Part shown: piece after piece, positions 39,647 to 49,860 of the stretch
Layout of the letters: each line of letters starts with the position of its first letter
Position numbering within the stretch: the stretch's first letter is position 1
Source of the DNA: Phyllobates terribilis
Taxonomy: Eukaryota
Assembly (NCBI RefSeq): GCF_046119375.1
Contig: NW_027362763.1
Span: 329,468,001 to 329,532,000, forward strand
Direction of reading: 5' to 3'
Length of the DNA: 64,000 nucleotides
Translations under genes and position numbers: made by a program
The notes under the pieces: model-generated
The model's input: the letters and a program-made list of their open reading frames with translations, nothing else
Databases searched by the model: none
What the model was told of the DNA's origin: nothing

Positions 39647-40073
39647 TGACCGTGTACGGCCAACCCGGGTTCCATAGTTCCGTAAGACCCCTCCCCATCT
39701 TACCGACCTCAAGTACCTTAACAAATAAAAACACTGTACCTGTAATTTCTTTGGATAAATTTGGCCACAGCGGCCATTTAATTAACCAACAACATTAACA
39801 TATAAACATTATTATTCAAATAAATAAGAAGGGAGGGTTCTTGGAGTTAAAAATTAGATCTGGCATAACTAAACCGAAATCGAACCACCGTATTACACTC
39901 AGCCGTCCATCACCAGCTCAAGGGCACCAAACAGCTCCCAGGGTAAAACCCCATCCAGAGCCCCAAAAACCAAATGCCAGATCACCCCGGTTAATCAAGC
40001 CACTGCCTGTAAATTTCCAATAACTTTCCCACCGACACTTCTGTGCCAACTCCAAGAACCCCACCCCCCGCCA
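39647..40073 (-). repeat. Ngaro repeat B1
   Basis: Copy of B2, immediately downstream of the SGNH ORF in element orientation. Confidence 0.92.
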
Positions 40074-40095
40074 CAAACGAACAGCCCTGACCACC

Positions 40096-40691
40096 TCAGG
40101 CTCGTGAGCGCCCCAACACTGCCAAAGCCCTCTCAATCCCCTCCTGTATAGATAATGCCCATAAATCAATCCCAATATCGTTCAGGTTCACCCCATCCTT
40201 TGCCCAAAAATCACCAACCCCTGCCTCAAGATCAAGATGCCGAACACTTACACCCCCATTTCTACCAACAAAAGCTGCTATGGCTCTATTCAACTTTACT
40301 CGTGCCCTATTAATGCCCTTCACTGATCTGGCCTCCCTCCAATTTTTTCTCGGCACAATGTCAGACCAAACCGTCAACACCCCAGGAAAAGATGTCCATA
40401 ACCTTAAAAAATCAATTCGAATATCCCTCATCAATTCCCTAACTGGCCGAACCCCCAAATCATTCCCCCCCATATGCACCACCAAAATGTCCGGCGCCCG
40501 GTCCAAACGAGCCGCCTTATGGAATTCAGGCAGCACCCTTCTCCATACCATCCCTCTAAAACCCAGCCACCGGACCACCACTTGCTCTCTGCTAAAACCC
40601 AGTTGCCTACCGTTTGGCCTCATATCCGCCCGCAGCGCCCCCCAATGAACGAAAGAGTGTCCAAGAATCCAGACTAATAACGGGACGTCAC
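40096..40691 (-). CDS. SGNH/GDSL hydrolase domain of the Ngaro element
   Basis: Open frame extends upstream of the first ATG (40623): VWILGHSFVHW (block I), VVHMGGNDLG (block III), DGVNL (block V, His replaced by Asn). Confidence 0.85.
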
Positions 40692-40760
40692 CTGCAATAA
40701 GACAACCAAAAAGGGGGGGTATTCACTTCTGGACAAAATAAAAACCACCATTCCGCATAC

Positions 40761-41810
40761 CTAATGCCGTACATAGGACAGATAACGATCTGAACTCCAC
40801 CTCCCGATGCGTTTTATCACATCCTTTCCTAAACCCAAACCGTCCGCTTCTGACGCCGCACCGATTCTGAAAGAATGCGACCCGTACACCTCAGGACTAA
40901 GGCCCAATTCCCGGATCCCTTTTTTAAATACTGCAATAAATTGAAAACGTGACAAAAACTCTCCGTTTTTATGACACAATAATGGGCCCTTACGTCCCGA
41001 CCAAACCTGCCAGTAAGCCATTAAACATCTCCTAGGACAAATAAAAGATCCATTAACCTCACCCAATACCACTAGCTTGCCTCTGCCCAATTGATCCATC
41101 TTCGCCCTCCTAATCCAAAATTCGATGCCCCCTTTCCGACCGCTCACATCCTCAGCAAACAAACCCCCAACCTTATTCCTACTTGGTGCCACCAACTCAC
41201 CTAATCTTAGTGCGCCAAAGAACGCCAATGAAAAAGCCAATCTAAACAGTGTGGCTTCAAAAACCGAACAACAGATCTTATCCAACACTAAACCCAACCG
41301 CTCTAAAATACTAAAAGTCACCGGTCTTCGTTTATCTAACACTTTACTTCCTCTCCTAAAGCCCCTAAGTGCTTGCTTCACTAAAAACGATTTTGTAACA
41401 TCTTTTAACCCCTGTAATCTAAAACCGAATGCCAATCCTGCAACAAATTTACCAACTTTTGACACAGACCATCCAATCTCTGCTGCCCTTCCCACAAGAA
41501 ACAACACCGCCATCTCTCTATCTCCTTCACCTTCCACCACACCCCACTCCAGAATCCAACTTTGCCATACTCGCCACGATGCCTCGTATGATGCCCAGGT
41601 CTGCCTCGTAATGGACTCCCTTATTAACCGTCCGGCTCCTCCATAACCAGTTGCCACAAATGCGAAGGGCATTCTTGACCCACGTCCCCTGCCTCTGGTG
41701 CTAGCGCCCGAAAACGGTCCCACTGAAAACAAGATAAGGCATCTGCTATAGAATTTTGTACACCTGGAACATGTACCGCTGTAATCCAAGCGTTCAAATT
41801 GAGACAACAA
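40761..41810 (-). CDS. tyrosine recombinase/integrase
   Basis: ALRLGELV, RRAKMDQ, SHSFRIGAA, GRWSSDRYLSYVR (R-H-R-Y tetrad); uninterrupted frame; first ATG at 41672. Confidence 0.93.
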   Translation of the reverse strand: MLSQFERLDYSGTCSRCTKFYSRCLILFSVGPFSGASTRGRGRGSRMPFAFVATGYGGAGRLIRESITRQTWASYEASWRVWQSWILEWGVVEGEGDREMAVLFLVGRAAEIGWSVSKVGKFVAGLAFGFRLQGLKDVTKSFLVKQALRGFRRGSKVLDKRRPVTFSILERLGLVLDKICCSVFEATLFRLAFSLAFFGALRLGELVAPSRNKVGGLFAEDVSGRKGGIEFWIRRAKMDQLGRGKLVVLGEVNGSFICPRRCLMAYWQVWSGRKGPLLCHKNGEFLSRFQFIAVFKKGIRELGLSPEVYGSHSFRIGAASEADGLGLGKDVIKRIGRWSSDRYLSYVRH

Positions 41811-43471
41811 AGAACTAGTTCCCTGAGCAGCCTAATAACCGGTGGGGACGAGGCCGACAAGCTGTTGATGACAGACACCACTCCCATGTTATCGCAATGA
41901 AACCGAATTCTCCTGTTGGCAAAACACTCCCCCCAAATAGTAACCGCAACAACAATAGGGAACAATTCCAAAAACGCCAGGTTCCTCGTAAGTCCCCTCT
42001 CCGTCCACCCAATCGGCCATGCCCCAACACTCCACCGCCCTTTCCAGTAGGCCCCGTATCCAGCACCTCCCGCAGCATCTGTAAAAATCTCACAATCAAA
42101 ACTGCTTACAAACTCCTGCTGGATTAATGACCTGCCATTATAGCTTTCCAAAAACAACTTCCAAACCCTCAGGTCCTCCTTGTGTTCCTTATTTAGGCGG
42201 ATAAAATGATGAGCCCCACGCACTCCTGCTGTGGCGCTTGACAACCTGCGACAAAATATTCTGCCCATTGGCATAATCCTGCATGCAAAATTTAAGCGCC
42301 CCAACAGCGATTGTAGCTCCCTCAGGGTCACCTTGCGCAACCTCCCGACTCTATCGACCTCCTGCTTGAGCAGACACAATTTATCTTCAGGTAACCGGCA
42401 CTCCATCCTTTCTGTATCAATAACAATGCCCAAAAAACTTAGGATTGTGCAAGGGCCTTCCGTCTTTTCTTTTGCCAATGGTACGCCAAAATGCTCCGCT
42501 ACCCACACCATAGTACCTAACAAATTCCTACACAATAACGATTGCGGAGGGCCTATAAACAAAAAATCATCCAAATAATGAATGACTGAATTAACTGATG
42601 CCAGGTCCTTCACCACCCATTCCAAAAAGGTACTAAACGTTTCAAACAAAGAACACGAAATTGCACAACCCATTGGCAAACACCTATCCATGTAATATGC
42701 CCCATTCCAAAAACAACCTAACAACTGGATGCTATCCGGGTGAACTGGCAGCAACCGAAAAGCCGACTCGATATCCGTCTTGGCTAACAACGATCCTGAC
42801 CCATATCGCCGTACCCATCGCACCGCCGCATCAAATGATGTATATTCAACTGAACATAATTCCTGTGCAATGCCATCATTCACCGAGAGCCCCTTCGGGT
42901 ACGACAAATGCTGAATCAAACGAAACTTATTCAGCTCTTTTTTGGGCACAACCCCCAGTGGCGAGATAATCACCCTGCTGCTAGGTAATACCCGAAGCGG
43001 TCCCGCCATCCTTCCCAATTCCACCTCCTTAGCCAACTTCACGCTAACCACATCCGGATGAAGGGAAGCCGACGTCAAATTTTTTAGTGAAAAGGGGACC
43101 TCGTGCTCAGGAGGAGGGATTCTAAAACCTTCCAAAAACCCATCCGAAATGACCTTAGCCTTCGACTGATCCGGATACCTACTTAGAAAGGGGGCCATCG
43201 CGTGCACCCTCACCGGAGTCAACCCTTTGACCGGTACCCACTGTAGGCTTTCCCTTACCCTTCTTAAAGCATTTTGATACTCCGTGTGAGCTTCCATTAC
43301 AATGGGAGCACACGTGTTTGAATTTACAGGAGGTCCCGTACTTGCATTGGCCGTCATTAAATTGCCAGCAAGTTCCCACTTCCTTCTTAGTGCTTTGTGC
43401 CCCTTGGTTACCTCCCCCTTGTCCTGCTGATTGGTTACCACTACTGCTGCTCCCGTGAAAGGACTGCCCAT
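41624..43471 (-). CDS. reverse transcriptase plus RNase H
   Basis: KTDIESAFR, LPMG, YLDDFL; RNase H motifs FTDA, LELF, HCDN, IADALS; 615 aa uninterrupted. Confidence 0.95.
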   Translation of the reverse strand: MGSPFTGAAVVVTNQQDKGEVTKGHKALRRKWELAGNLMTANASTGPPVNSNTCAPIVMEAHTEYQNALRRVRESLQWVPVKGLTPVRVHAMAPFLSRYPDQSKAKVISDGFLEGFRIPPPEHEVPFSLKNLTSASLHPDVVSVKLAKEVELGRMAGPLRVLPSSRVIISPLGVVPKKELNKFRLIQHLSYPKGLSVNDGIAQELCSVEYTSFDAAVRWVRRYGSGSLLAKTDIESAFRLLPVHPDSIQLLGCFWNGAYYMDRCLPMGCAISCSLFETFSTFLEWVVKDLASVNSVIHYLDDFLFIGPPQSLLCRNLLGTMVWVAEHFGVPLAKEKTEGPCTILSFLGIVIDTERMECRLPEDKLCLLKQEVDRVGRLRKVTLRELQSLLGRLNFACRIMPMGRIFCRRLSSATAGVRGAHHFIRLNKEHKEDLRVWKLFLESYNGRSLIQQEFVSSFDCEIFTDAAGGAGYGAYWKGRWSVGAWPIGWTERGLTRNLAFLELFPIVVAVTIWGECFANRRIRFHCDNMGVVSVINSLSASSPPVIRLLRELVLCCLNLNAWITAVHVPGVQNSIADALSCFQWDRFRALAPEAGDVGQECPSHLWQLVMEEPDG

Positions 43472-44078
43472 ACCTCACTGGGGCCATAACCTTCAGCCAC
43501 AAACCAATGTCCTTTTGATCCCATCTGATCTCAGGGCGGACTGCCTTCCTCTGCCGAAATTGCTCGTCATATCGTAACCATGCCTGACCCCCGTAAGTCC
43601 TATGAGCCTCCCCAATAGCATCAAGGTAGCAAAACAAACCCGAACAATTATCAGGAGCTTTTTCTCCAGTAACGCTAGCCATTATTGCAAAAGCTTGCAA
43701 CCAATTGACAAACGTCTGTGGAATCAACCTCCACCTACGCTTCTCTTCTTCCTCTTTTTTACTGTCTTCCTTTTTTCCCTTATCCAGGTTAAACTTTTCC
43801 AACGGAAGAAGGGAAAAAATTTCGACATACTCGTCCCGCCAAATTTTTTCTTTAACCTCTTTTTTTAAATGCGCCCCCAATGGCCCCTCAAAGCACACGT
43901 ATACCTCCCCTTTCGCCCTATCATCCAGTTTTATACTATCCTCATTTTCCTTTTCTGTCTGCACACACACCGACACCCCAGAAGGTGTCCCAGCTGTACA
44001 CCCCGCCGACCTGGCCGACTCGCTCCCCACCTGCAACAACGCCGGTTGACTAGGTAGCCAAGCCCCCGCCGGTGACAA
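43179..44078 (-). CDS. gag-like ORF1, C-terminal half (CCCH and CCHC zinc fingers)
   Basis: CWQFNDGQCKYGTSCKFKH (C-x7-C-x5-C-x3-H) followed by CSHCNGSSHGVSKC (C-x2-C-x4-H-x4-C); no ATG at the frame start. Confidence 0.85.
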   Translation of the reverse strand: MSPAGAWLPSQPALLQVGSESARSAGCTAGTPSGVSVCVQTEKENEDSIKLDDRAKGEVYVCFEGPLGAHLKKEVKEKIWRDEYVEIFSLLPLEKFNLDKGKKEDSKKEEEEKRRWRLIPQTFVNWLQAFAIMASVTGEKAPDNCSGLFCYLDAIGEAHRTYGGQAWLRYDEQFRQRKAVRPEIRWDQKDIGLWLKVMAPVRYGQSFHGSSSSGNQSAGQGGGNQGAQSTKKEVGTCWQFNDGQCKYGTSCKFKHVCSHCNGSSHGVSKCFKKGKGKPTVGTGQRVDSGEGARDGPLSK

Positions 44079-45351
44079 CCCCCTTTGAATGGCCCCCCCC
44101 GCCGTCTATTCTCGCCAAAATGCGCGACATGCTAACCAACAAATCCCTAAACCCGCTTACATCTGACCCACTACCTCCCCTACCATTTTCCCTGCTGGGC
44201 CCAGACACCTGCCTATCACCTAACCCATCCGCTACAGACCCCGCGGGCGACAAACCATACATAGACGCATACTCACGAAGCTGCGCAGGTGCTGTGTCCC
44301 CGCCAGCCGTACTCCCCGAGTCCTGATGAGTCCTTGGTTCGTCTTGTTCTTCTCCATAATCCAGTCCGACCGACCCCTGCTGCTCAAGGCCCGCGCCCCT
44401 GGCCTCCTCGTCACCAGGGGGGACCCGAGCCCGTGCCGACCTCCCCGCCGTTCGTCCTCCAGTCCTCACCGCCGACCGTGCACCTCCGCGATTTTTAGAC
44501 CCGGACTCACCAGCCCGATCCGTGTTGGTCCGTGGATAACTGCCAGGCAACTCCGTGCTGCTGCCCGCCGCTCCATCCCTCTGCCTGGAGAAACTTGAGC
44601 CAGGCAGCAGGTCCTGGAATTGTTGCTGCCTGCCCGTGTAGCTCCGCTGCTGTCTGCGCCCTCTGGTCTGTCTGGCAGGCACCCCGACAGGAACGTCGCC
44701 AGGTGTGCCTGCCGCGCTGGTGTTCCCTCCGTTCCCCGCTGCAGGATTGCCGCCCTTTTTTCTTTTGAATAACCGGCGTCTTGAATCGCCGCTGGATCTT
44801 GGAGCGGGGGGCGTGTCCCTGCGCCCGCCGCTCATTGGCTGTGCGTCCCTTTCGTCTGTCTCCGGGGCCGGAAGTGACGTAGTCCCCATTTCCAGTGAGG
44901 CCCCGCCCCCCGGATGACGCGTCTGCGGCCCGGGCCTTGCTTCCGGCGCGGCCTGGGCTCTAGTACTGCGGCGCGCCGACGGGGGAGGCCGCACCACGAC
45001 GGACCGGGGAACTTCAGTCGCGGACCGCGACCCGATGCAGGGGGAGCCCGCAGACCGGCTGGGCGGATTCCTGCCGCGGCGGGCACGCCGGCAGGGGATT
45101 CCGCCGGCATGCTCCCCGGACACAGGGTCCCCTGAGGGGCTCCGCAGTCTGCGCCTGCTGCCCGTACCAACCATCTCCAGGGAAAGCCTCTCGGGGGGCC
45201 GCGTCCTCCTGGTACTTCTTCCCAAACCCGACGGTGATTCTTCCTCTCCGGCATTCCCCAGAAGTCCGGCCAGCTGGGCCTCAAGCCACCCTCCTTGCCT
45301 GGATCTGGCAGTCTCCCTCAGCCTGGCGATAAGGGACTCCACGGACTCCAT
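44050..45351 (-). CDS. gag-like ORF1, N-terminal half (basic, likely disordered)
   Basis: Long open frame directly after repeat A1; ATG at 45351 (MESVESLIARLRE); joins 43179-44078 if one base is removed from the C8 run at 44093-44100. Confidence 0.75.
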   Translation of the reverse strand: MESVESLIARLRETARSRQGGWLEAQLAGLLGNAGEEESPSGLGRSTRRTRPPERLSLEMVGTGSRRRLRSPSGDPVSGEHAGGIPCRRARRGRNPPSRSAGSPCIGSRSATEVPRSVVVRPPPSARRSTRAQAAPEARPGPQTRHPGGGASLEMGTTSLPAPETDERDAQPMSGGRRDTPPAPRSSGDSRRRLFKRKKGGNPAAGNGGNTSAAGTPGDVPVGVPARQTRGRRQQRSYTGRQQQFQDLLPGSSFSRQRDGAAGSSTELPGSYPRTNTDRAGESGSKNRGGARSAVRTGGRTAGRSARARVPPGDEEARGAGLEQQGSVGLDYGEEQDEPRTHQDSGSTAGGDTAPAQLREYASMYGLSPAGSVADGLGDRQVSGPSRENGRGGSGSDVSGFRDLLVSMSRILARIDGGGGHSKGVVTGGGLAT

Positions 45352-45429
45352 AATAGCGAGAAGAGTGTCCAAGCAATTAGAAAGGTAAAAATATATATAT
45401 ATATATTTTTTTTTTTGATCAGTGCTCCA

Positions 45430-45643
45430 GAACTTCTCTCAATGACTTCTTCCCTGGACTGCCCGTTTTCCCGCACTTTTCCCTATTATACCTCTTCCCC
45501 CCTTTACCCCACCCCCATCCAAATGCCAACCCCTCCAAGCCTATACCCAATCCCGACCATTGGGATTTAAAAATTGCACCCTCCTGGCCAATCCCGGTCA
45601 TGTGGGGCTTCCTTCTAGGTTCCCATGCCTCCAGCCCCCTTCT
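45430..45643 (-). repeat. Ngaro repeat A1 (5' end, promoter-like)
   Basis: Copy of A2; minus strand carries GATTGGCC and TTTTAAAT motifs. Confidence 0.9.
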
Positions 45644-48600
45644 GGAAGGTGAAAACAGGCTTCGGGTGAAGGAGTTAAACCAATAAAAAGTCCCTGTTGT
45701 GGTTACATAATATTCGCTTCATGCGTCATTACTCCACGAAAATAAAAACCACTGTTACTCACTTTTGGGTAAATTACCAGCTTTGGAAAGCATTGGTACA
45801 ATGACTAAGGATGTGAATATGTTTTAAGCGCATTGGATTTTTCACTTATATATGCTGCAGTTTAGATTTTAACTGCTGTTGAAATAAAATACCATAGTTA
45901 GGAAATTGTATCTGTGCTGACTGTATTTCTTGTTTTAAGCATTGGTAAATAGATGATTAAAAAATGGCAAATTGCCAGACCACACTGTATGAAGCCTTTG
46001 TGATTTTAACTTTGTGATGCCTACAGCAGTTCTAGGCTGTAATACAGATACTATACAGTGTACACATACATAGATTCTCAAGTATTATCAAATTAAGTGC
46101 ATATCGTTAGGATAGGCCACCAATATTGGACCAGGGGAGACCAAGAACTGGCACTCCTAGTGATCAGTAAGTGACAATTCCCCGCACAACCACTTCAAAA
46201 TGTATAATCTGGAAAACAAAGAAAGACAACTGGGGCTCACTGGATGCATGACCCATTCAATATTCTGATCAACAGTGATGCCAGCAGTCTGACCCCTACA
46301 AGTCATATATTAAGGTGGTTTTCCAGGCACAATAAGAAAAAAAATCTGGCTTTCCTTGTAGATTCACAAATCTCCTTGTTACCTTAATTTACCTATTTTA
46401 GCGCCCCTTCAGCTCACTACAGCTACATTTGTGGACTATTGTTTTTTACATTCTGATCTTCCTGCCAGCTCTCCCTATGCACCTCTAACTACATTTACCA
46501 AGAAGCAGTACTCTCTGGCTTCTCTATCAGAGCTTCATCTGTCCCACAGCTTACTCACTCCCATTCTTAGCGCCCACCCACTCAACTTTTACAGCACCAT
46601 CCTGAGACTCCTACACAGTCTCAAGATGGAAAAATCGCTGCTCAGTTTCTACCACTTAATACTTCCCAAACTTCACCTAATTCGTGCTATCCTAAGACTT
46701 CTGCAGTCAAAAATGTTACAGGAGCAGACAATGGCACCACACAAGCTCCATGTACTGTAGGGGAGCAATGAGTCATAGAATGGATTTATTTATTATATTG
46801 TAATCTAGCAATCTAGAAGCCAAGCACCTTATCCTCTGAACAATATCACTAGTTGATATGATTACTATTCTCTGTCGGCTCTGCTCTCCCTTCCTGTACA
46901 CATCCCAGTCACTCACTGACTACAATCACAGGTCACGACGTCCCCAAGACATCACGGTTCAGACAGAGCACACTGCTCTGAGAGCTATAGGCTGAGTCCC
47001 GCCTCCTGCATTGACTGACAATCTACATTCTGTTCAAAGCACAGACAGAAAATCTCTACTTTGTGCTTTGTATGGACTGTAGCAGCAAGTTAACTAGAAG
47101 TCACATGACCATAAGTGGCAGCTCAGAACAAAGCATCATTTTAACAGCAACAAAATCATGAAATTTCATAATATCACATGTGTTTTATAATGTGTTAATA
47201 ATCTGTGTGTCTGGAAAATCCATTTAATAGTTAAAGTGTAGGACTATGTAAAATACACTTTTTTCATATAATTTAATAAGACTCAAAGTTTACTATATCC
47301 TTCTAACCATATAATTAAACTGTTGAATACACCAGCACAGGCTTATCTTTTTAATATGAGTGAAGATGCTGCTCTAAAAGTGAACAGTTGAGTTATTTAA
47401 AGATGTGATAGCTACTGGTGTAGCAGAGCTGAATTTCATTCATATATCAAGAAACTAATGTAGTATGTATGCCATGTAATAGATTTAGCTACAGCTCTTT
47501 GTAAAATCATAGATAACCAAACATTATTTTGTAATATGGTGTGCAAAATGACCAATTCAACTCCATCTAATTTTTCATCTAAACAATTAGCCTTGTTATA
47601 TTTCTATTATTTCAATTGTCCTGGAAGAGGTAGTTATTTATAGTGCATTGAGAACACTTGAAATATACAGCCAGGGATTCTGGATCATTTCCTGGGAGAA
47701 GAGCGCTAGCGGACATGACATTTAGCTCTAGTACGATTCTGAAATCATATGTGTTTATGGTATGATATTTACTGCAAAGTAGAAAATCAATAGCAGCAAA
47801 TGTAAAACATGTCAGCCCCTAAGTCATCTGCATAAGAATCCATAGCAATATCAGATGAAAATAACCTTAATGTGAGAAATTAAAAGGGTCATCCACAGAA
47901 TCACATTATTTTTAATGAAGCACAGTAAATGCATACTTATTGTTAATATACAAACTAAGGCCAACATATAGTTTCTTTGTAACTTTCTGTCTTTTTTCAT
48001 CTCTATCTGCCTTTCTGTGCATCCAGCTTTACATAGCCGAATGGGCGGTCATATTCTTATTTACTAAATCTACATTTCCCAGCAGCACTTGCTTCCCCGT
48101 AGTGCTGCAGATCCCTCACTTTTTCCCCTGTGCTCTTACCTCTCTGAGGTATCATCAAACTAATGTAAGTGTAGAATTCACATGCTTCTGTTTACTCTCT
48201 GCTCCTTTGCAGTACCCTGCCTAACCAATTTTATCTTAGGCAGGGTACTGTATAGTTGCAGTGTGGTTTTAAATCATTAGTTGGTTTTAGCAGAGCAGGT
48301 TTTAGTAAAGCTCCACTCTCCTGCACTCCTCCATAATGGCAATGAAGAGCTGTGTTTGTTGGGTGCTGCAGACAGATCAATAATGTGAAACTATAAATGC
48401 TTATGCTCTATTGATACATATGACATAAAATAATCTTGTACATTATCCATCAATAAAGATAAATTTGCATTTTCACATTACTGAACTCTCAGGAGCTGAC
48501 ATCAAAACACAGCTTAACTAATCTCAGCCCCTGTGCACTGAGCCCCATATTGCAGTATATGTCTCCTCTCAACCCAATATATACAGCCCATCCAGCTGTA

Positions 48601-49428
48601 TGCCTCAACTTTCTCTCCCCTCTATCTACAGCTAATTCTGCAGTATATTTCTCTTTTCTGTCCCCTCTATGTACAACCCATCCTACAGTATATGTCTCCT
48701 TTCTGTCCTCTCTATATACAGCCCATTCTACAGTATATCTCTTGCCTTAGCTCCCTGTGTACTGTTCATCCTGCAGTATTTTGCTGTTTCTCTTAGTTAC
48801 CAGCAGACAAGCACACCGCTGCTTTCTGAAATTAGCTCTGCACTGCAATGAAGGAGTCTCCTCCCTTTTCAGTGATACCATCCCTCACAGTAGAAGCTCC
48901 ATTTTCAACTCAGCAAAGCTATGGTGGCAGGCTGTCAAGTGAGAGTAACTGTACTGTGCAGGATCAACCAGGCCCCTTAAAACAATAGGATGATTCCAGT
49001 GTCAAGTGAAGAGCAAATAGGGCCTAAACAGGCATTCTTAGGGGGTGATATGTGCAAAACAGGCCACATTTTAAAACTGGTGATAATGGTACAAATTATA
49101 AATTCCTATTGAATTGCATCTATGTTTTGTTATCACAATGCTGCATGTAAATATTTTTTAGAAGTTCTTTTATATTTATCCTATAATTTTACAGATAAGT
49201 CAAAACAGTACTGAATTTACATGTTTTGTCAGCACAATTTTGTAATGTACAGTAAAGAAATGGGTATAATGGTGCTGTAATAGAGATTAAATAAATTCCT
49301 TTGGTGAAGAAATCCACTTTGTTTTTCTTCTTTAATCACCATTTGAAGTTTTATGCTAATTAGATTTCGGTGCACAGGGGCTGGACTGAATGCTAGATTT
49401 TCTCTTCCATATCTGTGATTCCCCGGAC

Positions 49429-49860
49429 TGTCACGCACAGTGTAGGAAAGACAAAGTGCGACACGGAGGGATGAGGGGAAGGGAGCCCAGACACTAGGGA
49501 AAGGGGGAAGTGGAGACCTCCTAGGCTGATCTGCAATCACCCTGTCTCCCCCTACCGATCCTATATTGGTTCCTCACCAATCGCCGCACAGGAACCTATC
49601 CCTGTATTTCCGTAATGCTTGGCCCTGGATAGGGAAGGGGGGGGTGAGCGCTAGTCGATCCCCACTGACAATTAACTAAAGACAGCAAGGGGAGACAGAC
49701 ACGGGGGAAGTAGCTTAACTTGAGTCAACTTCAGAGAGATGGCACACACATCCTCTTAGCACCAGAGAGGAAGTAAGACTGCACTTGCTCGAAGACTTCA
49801 CAAGGGTCATGTGAATATCACCGGCACCTCTGTGTAGCAACCAGGAAGTATTTAAACATC
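49429..49860. mobile_element. probable LTR fragment
   Basis: Begins TGTCACG with purine-rich LTR-like composition; no matching end or TSD found. Confidence 0.35.

Larger units (their letters stand above)
38837..45643 (-). mobile_element. full-length Ngaro-type (DIRS order) tyrosine-recombinase retrotransposon
   Basis: Split direct repeats A1 45430-45643, B1 39647-40073, A2 39433-39646, B2 38837-39263; gag, RT/RH, YR and SGNH ORFs; no methyltransferase domain seen; no TSD. Confidence 0.95.
34971..45674. mobile_element. long piggyBac-type non-autonomous element hosting the Ngaro insertion
   Basis: TTAA-CCCCTTTACGA left end, repeated GTTTCCAAAATGGGGTCACT blocks at 37.1-38.6 kb, and …GGTGAAGGAG-TTAA right end 31 bp beyond the Ngaro. 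Continuity across nested MITEs is inferred. Confidence 0.55.

Noticed and set aside
41125-45388. Plus-strand ORFs antisense to the Ngaro genes
   Set aside because: Expected shadow frames of GC-rich coding sequence; no motifs.
38837-45643. DIRS1-type assignment
   Set aside because: The termini are direct repeats (A/B), with no inverted termini, internal complementary region or methyltransferase seen.
46595-46777. 60-codon open frame after TTTTACAG as a possible terminal exon
   Set aside because: No recognisable homology and no linked upstream exon; open frames of this length arise by chance.
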